Shown here: piece after piece, positions 63,801 to 64,000 of the stretch
Position numbering within the stretch: position 1 is the stretch's first letter
Layout: each line of letters opens with the position of its first letter
Assembly (NCBI GenBank): GCA_965153355.1
Contig: OZ231126.1
Location: 9,362,001 to 9,426,000, forward strand
Source: Flaccisagitta enflata
Taxonomy: Eukaryota
Direction of reading: 5' to 3'
Length of the DNA stretch: 64,000 nt
The notes under the pieces: model-generated
Database searches by the model: none
The model's input: only the letters and a program-made list of their open reading frames with translations
What the model was told of the DNA's origin: nothing
Translations under genes and position numbers: made by a program

Positions 63801-64000
63801 CTGAGACAACAACAACAACAGACACCAATTCATAATCTGTCTGGTACGTGTTGTTTTGGGAAACATGTTCCACTTTGTTCCAGGGAATGAATAGGTGTTA
63901 ATAATTGATGTGCTGGCTGCTGAACGAAGAAAAAGGGCCATGCCATGCATAACACAATTGTAACACACAAGACCCTTTCCTTGATCCCATCCGAATGTGC

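Overview
AT-rich animal (invertebrate-like) genomic DNA with spliceosomal introns; nothing prokaryotic and no CRISPR. Most of the window (about 3.1-40.8 kb, + strand) is an NFAT5/TonEBP-type Rel-homology transcription factor gene. I reconstruct 16 phase-consistent GT-AG exons (6027 nt, about 2008 aa, 5' end probably upstream). A convergent multi-exon gene of unknown identity lies on the - strand (about 52.3-63.8 kb). Introns are packed with non-autonomous transposons: Helentron/DINE-1-like elements carrying minisatellites, hAT and TA-flanked MITEs, long foldback elements and one 5'-truncated CR1/L2-group LINE. The most unusual signal is two sequence-unrelated 85-bp tandem arrays (5 and 21 copies) that each amplify a 3' splice site of the NFAT5 gene with identical geometry: AG + 17 codons + an in-frame stop lying in a branch-point-like motif + pyrimidine tract. 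Only the last copy reads into the real exon. A candidate mutually exclusive exon in the IPT domain and a tandem TonE-like motif cluster are also noted. All exon models are manual, without transcript evidence.
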